Source of the DNA: Prorocentrum cordatum
Taxonomy: Eukaryota
Assembly: GCA_963575745.1 (NCBI GenBank)
Contig: CAUYUJ010000131.1
Coordinates: forward strand, 62,001 to 117,808
Direction: 5' to 3'
DNA: 55,808 nucleotides
Below are positions 43,117 to 55,808 of this stretch, one piece after another; position 1 is the stretch's first letter, and every line of letters begins with the position of its first letter. Made by a program: the position numbers and the translations under genes. The notes beneath the pieces were generated by a model. It did not search any database. It had not been told where the DNA came from and saw only the letters and a program-made list of their open reading frames with translations.

Positions 43117-44983
43117 GGGGGTGATGCATCGACCTGGAATCGGCGATGCATCGCCGATAGATCGGCGGCAGGCCCCCGATGGTGAATCCGCACCCTCCCA
43201 TGCAGGCTGGGGCCATCGGGCCCCCCTCGGCGATCCATGGGCGACTGGGGGTCGATGCATCCCCCCCTGTGCCCATCCCCCGAGAGGGGGAGAAAGGAGA
43301 GGGCGGAAGCAGCGAAAACAACAGGCGAGGGGCGTTGCAACTCCGGGAGCTGCAACAGGGTGCGGATCAAGAGAGAATTCGTCCCATTGCACGGAAGGAG
43401 GAGGCGCCCGTGCCTTTCGTCCTCCTGTTGCGTGGGATGTTCGAGCTGGGCCTGTTGCGCAACGAACCTTTTGTGGCAACCTCAGATAGCGACGTTCGCT
43501 TGCGGTGGGTGCTGGCGCCGTCGCGATTTGGGCAGGCGTTTCGCGGCAGACCGGGAAGAAAATACGATTCACAACAGGCGCGCGAGCAGCTGCAATCCCA
43601 CGACAGCAAGGGACGCGAGTAGTAGCACTGGCAGAAGACATTGCTTTCACCTCAACTTGATCACGACAGCACAATTGAAACAGACAACGACCACCCAACC
43701 AACCGCTTCTGTGCCAAAAAGCGTGTAGTGGACTTGTCGGATGCCAAATACTAGTTGGTGGGTGTTTCATGCACCCCGTGGGCGTCCTTACGCCCTCCAG
43801 TACTCAACGTTTTCATGAAGCTCCATGTGGCGTCTCTAACGGCGTAAGAAGCAACCCGCGGTGCATAGGACGCCCAGACTCGCCAAAGGATGTTCCAGAC
43901 AGCCACAAACATTGAAACACTGAATGACAAATAGCAGCGTGGAACGGGGACACCCCACTGCAAGGTACTGGCGACAAAACCGTCGTCAAGCCCAGGTGCC
44001 GCTTGCACTGGCAACGAATGACAATACGAATGCCGAACGTTATTACGACTGAAATTTCTACTGTAACGGCAATTATGAAAACGACTGCGAGGACTGCTAC
44101 GGAGATGATTACGACAATGGCGTCGAGGGTACGGTTGGATATGAGAGCGGCACGACAGCTGATCACGGCCATGCTGATGGAGGCGATGATGATCATGGTG
44201 AGTATGATGGTGACAATGTCGGCTGGTATGACAGACCGCCGACCTAGCCTCAAACAAGCACAAACGGGGCCGCAAAGAGTACCTGGGGACCCCTCAAACA
44301 TCCAGAGGACAGTCCACATGCGGCCAGGGCGTCTCTACCTTGTCAGCCCAGGATGTCCTGTGAGCGACGAAACGCAACGGGCCTTACGCGAGATGACATA
44401 GGAAGACCTTATGCTGCGGCTTACGCGGGCCGCCAACGCGGCACGCTACATCGGAAACGACAGCGCTGAAGCGCGATGAACCATGCATCCTGAAAAACGC
44501 GTGGGCGGGCGGGAGAGCCCGGAGATGGCACCTCCCTGGAAAAGCCACACACGGAAAGCGAGAATGCGGAACGCACCACGCTGTAAAGCAGGCAGCTGCG
44601 CGCATCACGACTGCAAAGCAGAAAATGCGGCCGGACCGTGTCCACTTGTCAACCGCGCTGCTGCTGCGGTTGCAGGCGCGCGGGTCCGGTTGCGGCTGCG
44701 GGTGCGCCGTGGCACAGGGAGGGCGCTGCGGAAGCGGCCGCGACCGCCCGCGGGCGGCCGCAATTCCCCCCACAGTGTTTGCACCCAGGGCTCGTTACTT
44801 CTTTGGGAAGGCGATTGGCAGAAGTCCCCACATCCAAACCCGGCTGATTGTTTTCTCGGGGCATTTTCCTCCGCCCCTCCCTTCCCCACCACACCTTGCG
44901 TCGGGGTTTTGCTTCCAACGTCCCGTTTGGGATTCTTGTTTTATCTGGACACCGTGCAATCCCCAGCCCGACTCACAAACAAC

Positions 44984-44984
<1 letters not shown>

Positions 44985-45022
<38 letters not shown>

Positions 45023-45173
45023 ACACACATTCAGATCATCACCATCCTCATCATCACAAGCACAATCACCATCACCATCACCGCCACCGTCGTCATCATC
45101 AGCGTCATCACCATGATCAGCACCACCATCATCATCATCATTATCATCATCATCATGATCACCAACGTCGTCG

Positions 45174-45221
<48 letters not shown>

Positions 45222-46148
45222 ACATCAACATCACCATCATCATGACAATTATGATCAACACCATCCATCATCACCCCCACCACCACCATCATCACCAGCA
45301 TCATCAATATCAACAACGCATCATCATCATCATCATCAGCAGCAGCATCATCAACAACAACCAAAAAAGGCAGAACAACCACAGCAACACCCGCAACGAC
45401 AACCATAACATCATGTGTCACTTCATATCCATCTTCATCATCAGCATCATCACCATCATCCCCATCATCATCATCACCGCCACCACCACCAGCATGATCA
45501 GCAGCAGTAGCATCAGCATCAATATCATCATCACCACCACCACGCAATCGTCATCAACATCACCCTTACCATCTCCATCATCACCAACACCATCACAATC
45601 ATCACCACCAGCAGCATCCTCACACTCATCCTCACCATCCGCATCCTCATCCACACCCTTTTCCATCATCATCACCACCATCCTCATCATCTACAATCAC
45701 CATCATCATCACCAGCACCATCGGCATCGGCATCATGATCACTGTCGCCACCATCACCATTGCCATTGCAATTGCCATCAAGGTCATCATCACCACGGCG
45801 ACCGTCACCATGACCCCTACCATCACCACGAGCAGCAGCTTCATCATCACCATCATCCTCACACCGAACATCACCACCACCAGCATCGTCATCATCATCA
45901 CCATCAGCATCATCACCATCTCCACCAGCATCATCATCACCATCATCACCACCACCACAAGCATCATCACTTGCATCATCATCATCATCAGCAGCAGCAT
46001 CCTCCTCCTCATCATCATTATCCTCGTCATCAGCATCATCATTGTCGTCATGATCCCCATCCCCACCATCACCATCAGCACCATCATCAGCAGCGGCCGC
46101 AAAATCACCATCGCCACCATCAGCAGCAGCATCGCGTCCTTACCATCA
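44985..46148. repeat. (CA)n followed by a long degenerate (CAT/CAC)n tract
   Basis: Direct sequence; explains the poly-H/I/M/D ORFs. Confidence 0.93.
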
Positions 46149-47603
46149 CGGAGCTGGCAGGGGAAGGGGCGGGGCCAGGCGGCGAAGGCCCCACCACGGC
46201 TGGCCGGTGAATCATAACGCCCTCCCCCGCCAAGCAACGGAAAGGAAGCGGGAAGGGCATAGCGATCTGGGTGAGCGCATCTAGCTGGTCCCTCAGCGCG
46301 GCCGCGCGAACTAGCGCGCGGGCCGCGCCAGGCGGAACCTCGGGCGAAAGGGGCGAGTGGCCCCACAACTTGCCGCCTCCAACTTGCGCCCCTCCAGGGG
46401 CCCTCTCATGGGCACTCCAATATGTCTTGGGGATTCCTGCGCGAGGAGGGGAACACGAGTAGGAGGGCGAGGAGGGGCAGCGAGGAAGGGGGCACGAGGA
46501 GGGCAAGGAGGGCGAAGAGGGGAGGGACGAGGAGGAAGACGAATGTCATGGCCCGCTAATAACCTTTTTTGGGGGGCAGCATCAGAGAAGTACCAGGGAT
46601 TTGGGATGCGTTTTGCGGTGCGCCAAACAGAGCATTGCGTCGCATGGTGTTCTTGAATGCGTTGTGTTGTTTGTGGTGCAGCGCTCTGAGATGTCTTTGT
46701 GAGGCAAGATCGTTGCCATTCTTTTAGAGTCTCCTACACAGGGAATTGCGGTGTAATCCGCGAGAAAACGAACGTTTTTGTTGTGCACGGCACGTTGGAA
46801 GCATGTTGCACTGCGCCCCCAAAAAAAACGCATACGTTTGTAACCCGCAAAGAAGGAATAATTACGCGCTGTAACTGGTCATGGAAAGAATATGTTTTGC
46901 ACTCGATTCGGAACGGGGGGAATTCGGAAAAGAGGATGAATTGTGAAAGCACAGCGCAAATAGGACACGCTAAACAAATCTTCAAAGGAGGGAAGGAAAA
47001 ATAAGAAACACCGCCGCGACAATCACAATCATGCGGCAATACACTATACAAAGAATGCGCCCGCGATTCGCAACAAGAGAAATCCTGTCTGAACGCGGAG
47101 GTCAGGCGCCCTTGTTCTAATGTGCAGCAAAAAAACCCGTCCTGCAATCCGCGCCAAAGGAGCCCGAAGTGCAATCCACCACAAGAGGAATTGTTGCACC
47201 ATCGCCTCTGCGACAACGCACCCTTCTCCCCGGACAAGTAGAGGGGAAAGAAGAACAAACAGTCATACAAAAATGCATTACTCCGACGGTAGGACCCCGG
47301 ATGTGAATCCTCTCGGTGAATCTGGAAATGCCCCTCATCGTCGCCCTCGTGATTGGTGAAGCGCCCTGACTGTCTCCGGCGCATCATTCTCCTTCTCGCC
47401 CTGGCGCGGGCCCCCCCCCGATCCCCACGTTGCCCCCTCCTGGCCCTCCTGCGTTTTTCCGCCCCCCGCCACCTCCCCCCCCTCTTGCAAGAGCGCCCGC
47501 GTCGCTGCTTTCCCGCGGCGCCGTCGCCGCCTCGAACAGCACGGGCGAATCTTTGAATGGCCACGTCGCGCAGCCGCCGGGGCAATCCCGCGGGCCAACG
47601 TGT

Positions 47604-48574
47604 GCTTTTGGCAGTAAAAGGTACCGATCGAGCTGAGATCAAGATAGCGAGCGGGAATGAGATCGAATATCACGGGAAAAAAAAACTAGAGCTCTAACCA
47701 ATGGTTGAATTTCGAGAACAAAATTTTCAACCGACCAAAAGTCACCAAAAGGTCCGTCGATATTTTTCTTGCCAACTAGCTCTCCAGCGCCCCGGAATTA
47801 CTCTTAAGCTTCCAGCAACTAGCTAAGGGAAGCTCTACGAGTTATGACTCGAACAATAGGAATAGTTTCGCGATTCTAGATCGGGCAGCAGACCGAGTTC
47901 AGAGCTCTGGATTCAACAGACGAACGCGACTGATGATTATAAATCGGTTTCTGTAAGTATAAGCTCTGTAGCTGTCATATAGCTCGAGTTAAGTACAGAA
48001 AACCGAGAGCGCCTGTCAAGATGACTCGAATAATACGAATAGGTTTGCGGACCTAGCCCGGCTAGCAGACCGAGTTCAGACCTCTGGATGCAACAGACAA
48101 ACACGCCTGATCATTCTGAATCGATAAGGTGTGCTTGCCAGCTCTGTAGCTGTCCTCTATCTCGAGTTCAGTCCAATATACCGAGAGCGCGTATCAAGAT
48201 GACTCGAAACGACCGATCCCGCCTGGACGCTTTTTGGCAGTGAAAGGTACCCAATCGAACTGAGATCAAGATGGCGAGCGGGAACAAGATCGAATATCAC
48301 GGGAAAAAATACTAGAGCTCCAACGAATTGGAGAATTTTGAGAACAAAATTTTCAACTGACCAAAAGTAAGCAAAAGGTCCGTCGGGATTTTTCTTGCCA
48401 ACTAGCTCTCCAGCGCGCCGGAATTACTCTTAAGCTTCCAGCAATAACTTGCTAAGGGAAGCTCTACGAGTTATTTTCAACCGACCAAAAGTCAGCAAAA
48501 GGTCCGTCGAGACTTTTCTTGCCAACTAGCTCTCGAACGCCCTGGAACTGGGAGCCGGCGGTAAACCGTCAACC
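47604..48574. repeat. Complex satellite: ~240-bp unit alternating with ~177-bp units
   Basis: 240-bp unit at ~47604, ~48229 and ~55520; GTTCAGA anchor at 47897 and 48074 (period 177). Confidence 0.88.
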
Positions 48575-48789
48575 AGGTTTTTTGCGGTCTTTGCGGTCGA
48601 CTGCGCGGGCCGTCAGGCCCAGTCGCTAGCAAGGAAACGGGTGACATACAGGTGAGCCAAACCGCCCACCACACGCATGCGGCAGGGAGCGAAGCTCACT
48701 TTCGAACAAGTGGCCATCAAGCGAAGCTCTTATTCGACACACGTGCATGCATGAACACACAAGCATGAAGAAAGCAACGCAATCACAAG

Positions 48790-51700
48790 TCACAAAAGTT
48801 CAAACTCAAAGTATGTGTGAAGAACCCGTGGAAGAACATCAGTGATATGTTCAATCGCCGACAGTTCGGCATCAGTAACTGAAGCATTGCTGTCGATAGA
48901 GAAAGCAGCACTATACACCTCCGTCCACACAATATCTCTGGAGCTCGGCTTACGACACGTCCGCGAGACACAACCGACATCAATCCAGCAACCGACTCCG
49001 ACACCCGCCGTCGACACTCCACCATCGAAGCCACAATCGATGGCACAATACCTGTAAAGATTCGAATACTCGTTGGGCTGCTGCCCGATACAATCCTGAA
49101 ATATGTTGATGCCCTCTCGGGCAGTATGAGTGAGCACGTCCGCCCTTGTATTCCATTCCCTGATGCAGTGTTCGATGAGGTCTCTTCCAGGAGCAAGCGG
49201 GCGTATGTGAAACATAAAAGACATACTATCCAGACGATTTATGATCCTGTCGACTCTCCTCTGAAAATCTTTGTTGATAACCAGCAAGTAACCTTGGCAC
49301 CATGATACAACCAAGAGGCTATCTCCATGGATACTTATGGGGACTCCGAAGGCCTCAAGATCCCACTCGGCATTTTCCCATTTGGATGTGTGCACAGCAA
49401 GTCGTTTAGCTAGACGATCATTGGCAGTTTGTGATCCCTCCTCCACTCCAAACTCCTGAAGTTCCTGTTGAGTTTGGATATGGACCTCCCCAGTAGCCCT
49501 AGGATGACTATGTGTTTTGGCACGGATCTGGAAACAGTCAAGCATTTCCCGAGAACAGACGCGTGCGGCGAACTGCTCGAAGGCCCCTGGAGTAGCACGG
49601 AAATCCCCCCACCACTTGGGCCCGGAGAACTCTGACAACATGTGGGTCCAATGTCTCTGTCCAATGGCAAGCCCCCCTCCCCGCTGGCGCTTCATCTGAC
49701 TGGATTCACGAAGGTAGATGTTCATGCGCAGGAACTCCGAGGCATCCGTACGGATGCGGTCCCACATAACACCATATGCACACAAGCACGCACGTACGCC
49801 ACGCCAAGTCCGACAAGCATTCCTCCACTCATCATATATGTCCGCCTGGATCACGTGGATAAACTCGCACATATCTTTTGCCAGATTCCAGTAAACACGA
49901 AGAAACCTCTGAACCAGGGAAGCGAAACCCATCTCCTGAAACTTCCTCCTGGCTTCCGCCTACCTCCTCCGACTCCACGTGGCCACATCCCCCTCGGCTC
50001 CCCTGGGGCACCTGAACATTTTGCAAAGACAGAGCCCTTCGAAGGCGTGCATACGCTGAATGGAATGATTGTCGAGTGTCATGCCCTCGATACCGTACAT
50101 AGCAATACCCTGAACCTTCTCCTGATACCTCCAGAATTTATCCCTAATACTCACAGCAGAACACCTGAAAGAGTTGGACATGCCATAGAAACTCTTGCGT
50201 GCCATGGACAGACGATGGTCCACATCAGGATGTGCAGGGGTATTGAACTCGGAATGGATCTCCACACCGAGCACATTCATCGAGGAAACTCTTCTGAAGC
50301 GCAGGACCTCAGATGTGGTAACTATGAGATCCTCCTCAGGTGAGCTAACCCCATCAGCATTACAACGAGGTGCCAGGCCACATGTCATAAAGAGCAGTGA
50401 TGACGCCTTCCACGTCATGCCAAAAGAAGCGAGTGGTAGTTTTAGATCGTGAACCACACTCCTGAGGTCAGCGGCCGAACCGGCTACGAGATAGACATTG
50501 TCAGCCCAGAGGAAGTGACTGATGAGGATCTCCTTACGGATGGACCCGTAGAGTCCCTCGACACGGTAGCCCAGTCTTTTTATGTCCCAAGATCTGAAGA
50601 CCTCGGCCCACATCGCCACGACAATCAGGTTGAACACCAGGGGCCCCTCGGGACCCCCCGCACGTATGCACCTATCCCAATGGAGCCCAGGAATTTCCAT
50701 CCCTTCCACGATCACAGTACCTATAGTACCACATAACGGGGCCAAAAGAGCGTATTGAAGATATGGAGGTACATGTGCGTTTTGTAAACCTCTTCTCACA
50801 TTAGCAAGACTACAATGATCGAACGCCTGTTTGATGTCCGCATTCGCGAGGTACACACACTCATTCTTTCCCCACGTATCCCCGTGTTCAGCCAATGTTT
50901 TTTTTAACTGCTAGTAATCTCCCAAGTCTTACGTGCCTCCTGGAACCCATAGATGCCTAAATTATGGAATAACCCAGAACGCTGAACGAAGTTCTCAGTC
51001 AGGCTAACAACACAGGCCGAGTACCAGCGAGAAATCGCATTTTGCATTACCAGGTATCGACCCTCGGACAACGCAGTAAGGCCAGGCACCTTAGGCATGA
51101 ACGATATCAGCACCTCCCTCCACCCGTCAGGATAGTTCTGAGAGCACGTGAAGATACGATCAAAGAGTAACTGAATGGAGCGAAGAGCAGACCAGGGGAG
51201 AGCACGAAGTATTTCCGTTGGCACGCGGTCGGGCCCAGTCGCCCGCGACGTCTTCAGGCGACTTCGCGCCCTGCAAAGAATGGTCATGCTGATGTACTCC
51301 GTACATCGACCGTCCTTGAAATTGGACACGGCCTCCTTCCTCAACTCCACCAACATCTTGATGCTCTCCTCCCTCACCTCCTCCGACGAATACTTTGCAG
51401 CAGAATAGTCCTGAATCTCCCGTCTCCACTCCTCCCTGTCCTCCGTCACCATCCCGTCTATGACAAGGTGCTTGATGCGGTGGCGAACCTTGCGCCTCGA
51501 AATGGGACTGTCCCACTCGGCGAGTGCGCGTCGGTAGGCCCTGCGATAACGATTGCACACCACTCTGAGCTCTCTGCGCCCCTCCTCCGACAGGGGTGGC
51601 ACAGCACGGCGTAGCCTCTCAAGACCACGCTGCAGCTCAGGCGGACGAACGGGCGGCAAACCTCGGCCCAACTTAGCCGTCGTATAGTTCACGTTCTCTG

Positions 51701-52763
51701 CATTCGTGAAAGCGCTCAAGAACCTGTCATATAGATCCCCAGGAGAACACGATACAGTGGCATCCCCAAGAAACCCATCGATACGTCTCCGAGCCATGAC
51801 CTCATCCTCCCATGTAAGACATTTAAACCCAACCAGAGAACGTTCACGAGCGGCAACTCTAGTAAAGGAGCGATGGATCTCCACACCTGGTTTGGAGAAA
51901 GCACCCTGCACCAGAGCGTGATCACTCAACCTGTAACGATTCGTTGATCCCCCGTTGTGGAATATGTTTTTAACCAGGATATCCGTAATTTCCCACTCCC
52001 TCGGAATCAGGATATAGTCCAGGACCTTTTTGGAGGCACCCCATCTCGTGGCCCCATAAGCTTCCCAGGCATGGGGCCTCTCAGCTTGAAACGTGTTCGC
52101 CGCCTTCAACCCCAGGCGGGCGAGTAATCCTAAGAAGTTACTGCGAAGCCGTTCTCTGCAATCCCTCCGTTCCCGTTGAGCACCTCCTTCATTGATCATC
52201 CTCCTCATCACCTTCGTAGCTCCTCCCACCGCCTCGTACTCCTCCCCAGTACGTGCACATGTGACACGGGCATGAGGCGGCAACTCAACGTTGGCATCCG
52301 TGAGAAAGACAAAGCTAGCCTTGCACCATCTGCCTCTCAGAGAACGCACAACACTCTCAAGTTGCTCGAACACAGATATCTGGATATCCTCACAATTAGG
52401 AACACCTGGATCAGGTAGATAGATACTGAAAATCACCAGAGGAGACTTCCCACTGCCGAAAACGATACCGCAGAAACGATCAAATTCGCATATACAATGT
52501 CGGATGGACGCCGCCCACTCATCACTAAAAAGAATAGCACACTTTGAACACCTGCTGGATCTAATACCCAAACGTAGTCTAGTAAGTACTGCATCGAATT
52601 TACCCCCAACGAGATTTTGAGTCTCCTGCAAGCCGAAGAGCGAACCCCTGATCTTCAAGGCCCTCAGGATTTCTTTCCCACGGAAATTCGCAGTGCCAGC
52701 CCTATTCAAGTTCCAAGATCCCACCTGGAGCCCTGGAAACGAACTGGGTCTGGTATTTCGTCG
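48790..52763 (-). pseudogene. LINE C ORF2: APE endonuclease, RT and RNase H-like domain, with one frameshift (~50900) and one in-frame TAG (49960-49962)
   Basis: GSWNLN, GLQET, SIYLP, TDAN, LDYIL, LSDH; ATGPD, ADIKQAFD, FLWADN, VLGV; GDSLLVV, REWNTRAD, FDGG, AELSA. Confidence 0.9.
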
Positions 52764-54086
52764 TCAGGCACGCCCGTTCACCTCAGCCTCAACCTCCGAA
52801 CGATCTCTAGAGAACGCTGGGTACACACGCTGAAGCTTCGCGAAACCGTCCACGCTGACCTCCCACAAGGACTTGGTGGTAGTGAACTCTGCAAGCATGA
52901 TGGGACGCTCACCTGAGTTCTGAGGAATAATCCAAATCGTGGAACGTGGGGGGCCCATCTCGCCTTTGATCGCAATCATGGGCATGCGGAGGTCGGTGCA
53001 TATCGAGCGTATCGTTCCACAGAAACGGCTGACAGCTTTTACATGATCACGTTTCCAACTCGGACACTCCACCGTCACACGAATGAGAGAGGGGTCGAAC
53101 TTCTGACGAACACCATCCACAAGCACCTGAGGCGGCTGAATAGTAATGCCTGGGGGTCGGTTCTCAATAGCTGCGAAAACCCGATCAATATCACGTTTCA
53201 CACGCCAGATCACATCACGATCAGTGCCACGTTTGAACTTAATCTTGAAAGAACCAAACATATATCTCCCTGCATTCCCCCTCTCCGTGGCATCGGGACA
53301 GATGTATGTGGCATCATCTTCTCCAAGGATCTTAATCACATTGTCAGCTATTTGCTTACAGTCAGACCACATGGGCATCTGTTCTGAGCGGGCGGTGCGG
53401 TCATTCCAGTTAGTGACCCAGCCTTTGAGTTCAATATACGTTGGCGTGAATAATGACGGACGCACTGCAGAACCTGTCCGAGAAGCAGCCACTGGAGCAC
53501 CACCATTACTGGGCCCTGATGTGATAGACGCACTCTTCTGCATATTACTGACCATAGTCTCAAGAGCTGTCTGGCGATTCTGAAGACTGTCGATGGCCGA
53601 ACCCTGCTTTTCAACGGTTTCCTCAAGACGTTCGAACTGCTCTCTTTGACCCTCGATACTCTCTTTGATGGACTCCGTGGAATCCTCGAACATGTACGTT
53701 ATTTTATGGAACATCGCCTCGATTTTGTCTTTCCCCTCCAACTCACGAGCCCTAGTCCTCTCCTTCTCCTCACGATTGCGTTTCTGAGGGGGCTGGTCAT
53801 GCATGGTAACGTCCGCGGCAGCCTTCTCGAAGGATCTAAGAGGAAGTGCACACCACGATTCAAGCCACTCGTCGTCCGTCTGTATCTGAACACCGTACTT
53901 TCTGAGCCAATCCTCGTCTTCAGACTCGAACAAGTCAGCCTCTGGTGCCGAACGCTTGCAACGTCGAGATAATACCTCACGAAATTGATACGAAGACACA
54001 ATATTCGTCGCACTGCCGCCCACAGTCAATACAACAAGAGAAAGATAAGCCGACACAATACACAGCACCAAATAAGCAGCAAACAA
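52764..54086 (-). CDS. LINE C ORF1, coiled-coil protein (first ATG at 53804; frame open further upstream)
   Basis: Long ORF directly upstream of the endonuclease; heptad-like IEGQREQFERLEETVEKQGSAIDSLQNRQTALETMVSNMQ. Confidence 0.8.
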   Translation of the reverse strand: MFAAYLVLCIVSAYLSLVVLTVGGSATNIVSSYQFREVLSRRCKRSAPEADLFESEDEDWLRKYGVQIQTDDEWLESWCALPLRSFEKAAADVTMHDQPPQKRNREEKERTRARELEGKDKIEAMFHKITYMFEDSTESIKESIEGQREQFERLEETVEKQGSAIDSLQNRQTALETMVSNMQKSASITSGPSNGGAPVAASRTGSAVRPSLFTPTYIELKGWVTNWNDRTARSEQMPMWSDCKQIADNVIKILGEDDATYICPDATERGNAGRYMFGSFKIKFKRGTDRDVIWRVKRDIDRVFAAIENRPPGITIQPPQVLVDGVRQKFDPSLIRVTVECPSWKRDHVKAVSRFCGTIRSICTDLRMPMIAIKGEMGPPRSTIWIIPQNSGERPIMLAEFTTTKSLWEVSVDGFAKLQRVYPAFSRDRSEVEAEVNGRA

Positions 54087-54375
54087 AGAAAGAGAAGCGG
54101 CGGCTGCAGGAGGTGTGGAAGTCGTCGCACTCCACTATGGCGCCACGGCGCCCCGCGGCACGTCCCTCGACGAGGACGACAGCCCTAGGCCCTGGGGCCC
54201 TGAGCCGAGATTCTTGAGCCGGGAGCCTCGTCGAGCTCTTGTCTGGCGCTGCTCGGAACACGTGAGGGAAGTGCTCTTATGTGTGAACTGCAAAAGTTTT
54301 AAAATTTGTAATTTTTATGTTTTTCCCCAAGGCGGTTCCCCCAAGTGTTTTGATAGACTGCAGCTACGAACCTGA

Positions 54376-55808
54376 GAACTGGGCGCCGGCGGTAAACCGT
54401 CAACCTTTCTTACCGCCGGGGGACTCGTAGAGCTTCCTGACCATATATTATGTCTAAAGAATTAGCAGAGAACGAACAGTTTTCCAGCCCGAGCGCTGAT
54501 AGTAGACTGATCTTAGGCGTCTAGTGATATTCCATTGCTGTGCTGAACAGTTCTATAGCTCATCTGCAGCGCGTAGAAAATACCATTAGGGAGAAAATAG
54601 CAGAGTACGAATCCGTGCTTGGCGTCTGCACTCACAACAGACCCAAACCAAGCGTCTAGATGCTTCGCGCCTCACGATGTCCTTCTAATTTTTCGGCCGA
54701 AGAGCAGCTCGAGTTCAGTGAAGAAATTCACCATCACTTGGGAAAAAAATCTGTCGGATACGAATGAACACCATCTGTCAAGGTGACTGAAGAACAAAGA
54801 TAGTTTTGCAGACCTAGCCCGAGTAGCAGACCCAGTTCAGACCTCTGGATGCAACAGACGAACGCGCATAATGATTCCGAAACAGTTTCTGTGCGTATCA
54901 GCTCTGCAACTCTCCTACAGCCCGAGTTACGTGCGAAAATCGACAGCACCTCTCAAGATGACTCGAACGATACGAATAATTTCGCGAACCTAGCTCGTGT
55001 AGCAGATCGAGTTCAGACCTCGGGATGGAACAGACGAGCGCGCCTGATTATTCTGCATTGGTTTCTGTGCGCATCAGCTCTGTAGCTCCCCTAGAGCTCG
55101 AGTTAAGTACAGCAAACCGACAGTCCCTGTTGAGATGACTCGAGCGATACGAATAGTTTTGCGGACCCAGCTCGAGTAGCAGACCGAGAGTTCAGACCTC
55201 TGCATGCGACAGGCGGACGCGCCTGATGTATCCGAATCGGTTTCTGTGATTACCAGCCCTGTAGCCCCCCTACAGCCCGATTTGAATGCAGAAAACCGAC
55301 AGCACCTCTCAAGATGACTCAAACAATACGAATAGCTTCGCGGATCTAGCTCGGGCAGCAAACCGAGTTAAGACCTCTGGATGCGACAGACGAACGCGCC
55401 TGATGATTCTGAATCGGTTTCTGTAAGTATTAGCTCCGTAGCTGCCCTACAGCTCGAGTTAAGTACAAAATACCGACAACGCGTATCAAGATGACTCGAA
55501 ACAGCCGATCCCGCCGGGATGCTTTTTGGCAGTAGAAGGTACCCGATCGAGCTCAGATCAAGACGGGGAGCGGGAATAAGATCGAATATCACGGGAAAAA
55601 ATACTAGAGCTCAAACGAATTGAGGAATTCCGAGAACAAAATTTTCAACCGACCAAAAGTCACCAAAAGGTCCGTCGATATTTTTCATGCCAACTAGCTC
55701 TCCAGCGCCCCTGAAGTACTCTTAAGCTTCCAGCAACTAGCTCAGGGAAGCTCTACGAGTTACTGGGCGCCAGCGGTAAACCGTCAACCTTTCCTACCGC
55801 CGGGGGAC
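54376..55808. repeat. Satellite continues: four ~177-bp tandem units, a 240-bp unit and an empty copy of the LINE target site
   Basis: Anchors at 54835, 55011, 55190 and 55367; uninterrupted target-like hairpin at ~55762-55808. Confidence 0.9.

Larger units (their letters stand above)
48575..54375 (-). mobile_element. LINE C (ORF1, EN-RT-RNase H) with a 30-bp target-site duplication
   Basis: GAACTGGG(A/C)GCCGGCGGTAAACCGTCAACC at 48545-48574 and 54376-54405; short A tract at the element 3' end. Confidence 0.88.

Noticed and set aside
44003..46366. His-, Ile-, Met- and Thr-rich ORFs
   Set aside because: Translations of degenerate CAT/CAC/GAT trinucleotide repeats

Overview
GC-rich eukaryotic DNA, almost certainly from a dinoflagellate. 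The evidence is a perfect dinoflagellate spliced leader (ACCGTAGCCATTTTGGCTCAAG) at 13408-13429 and dinoflagellate-style PPR repeats. The window is a nest of non-LTR retrotransposons, microsatellites and a ~177-bp satellite, with no clear intact host gene. Two divergent + strand copies of one LINE family (A, ~13408-24450; B, ~26130-36712) share the same layout: cargo ORF0, (GTC)n, ORF1 (RS/RD-rich, poly-Pro, WW domains), a conserved structured RNA, ORF2 (APE endonuclease, RT, Cys knuckle) and a conserved 3' motif. By motif recognition only, ORF0 in both copies resembles the helical 5-hydroxymethyluracil-DNA kinase family (aGPT-Pplase1/HMUDK), which is notable in a lineage whose DNA contains 5hmU. 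Copy A starts with a full SL plus two SL relicts. Copy B is inserted into an older antisense family member, which also holds a polyadenylated PPR retrocopy. An unrelated minus-strand LINE (C, 48575-54375) sits in the satellite region with a 30-bp target-site duplication, an in-frame TGA between ORF1 and ORF2, and an apparently circularly permuted RNase H. All family assignments come from reading the sequence by eye; no searches were run.
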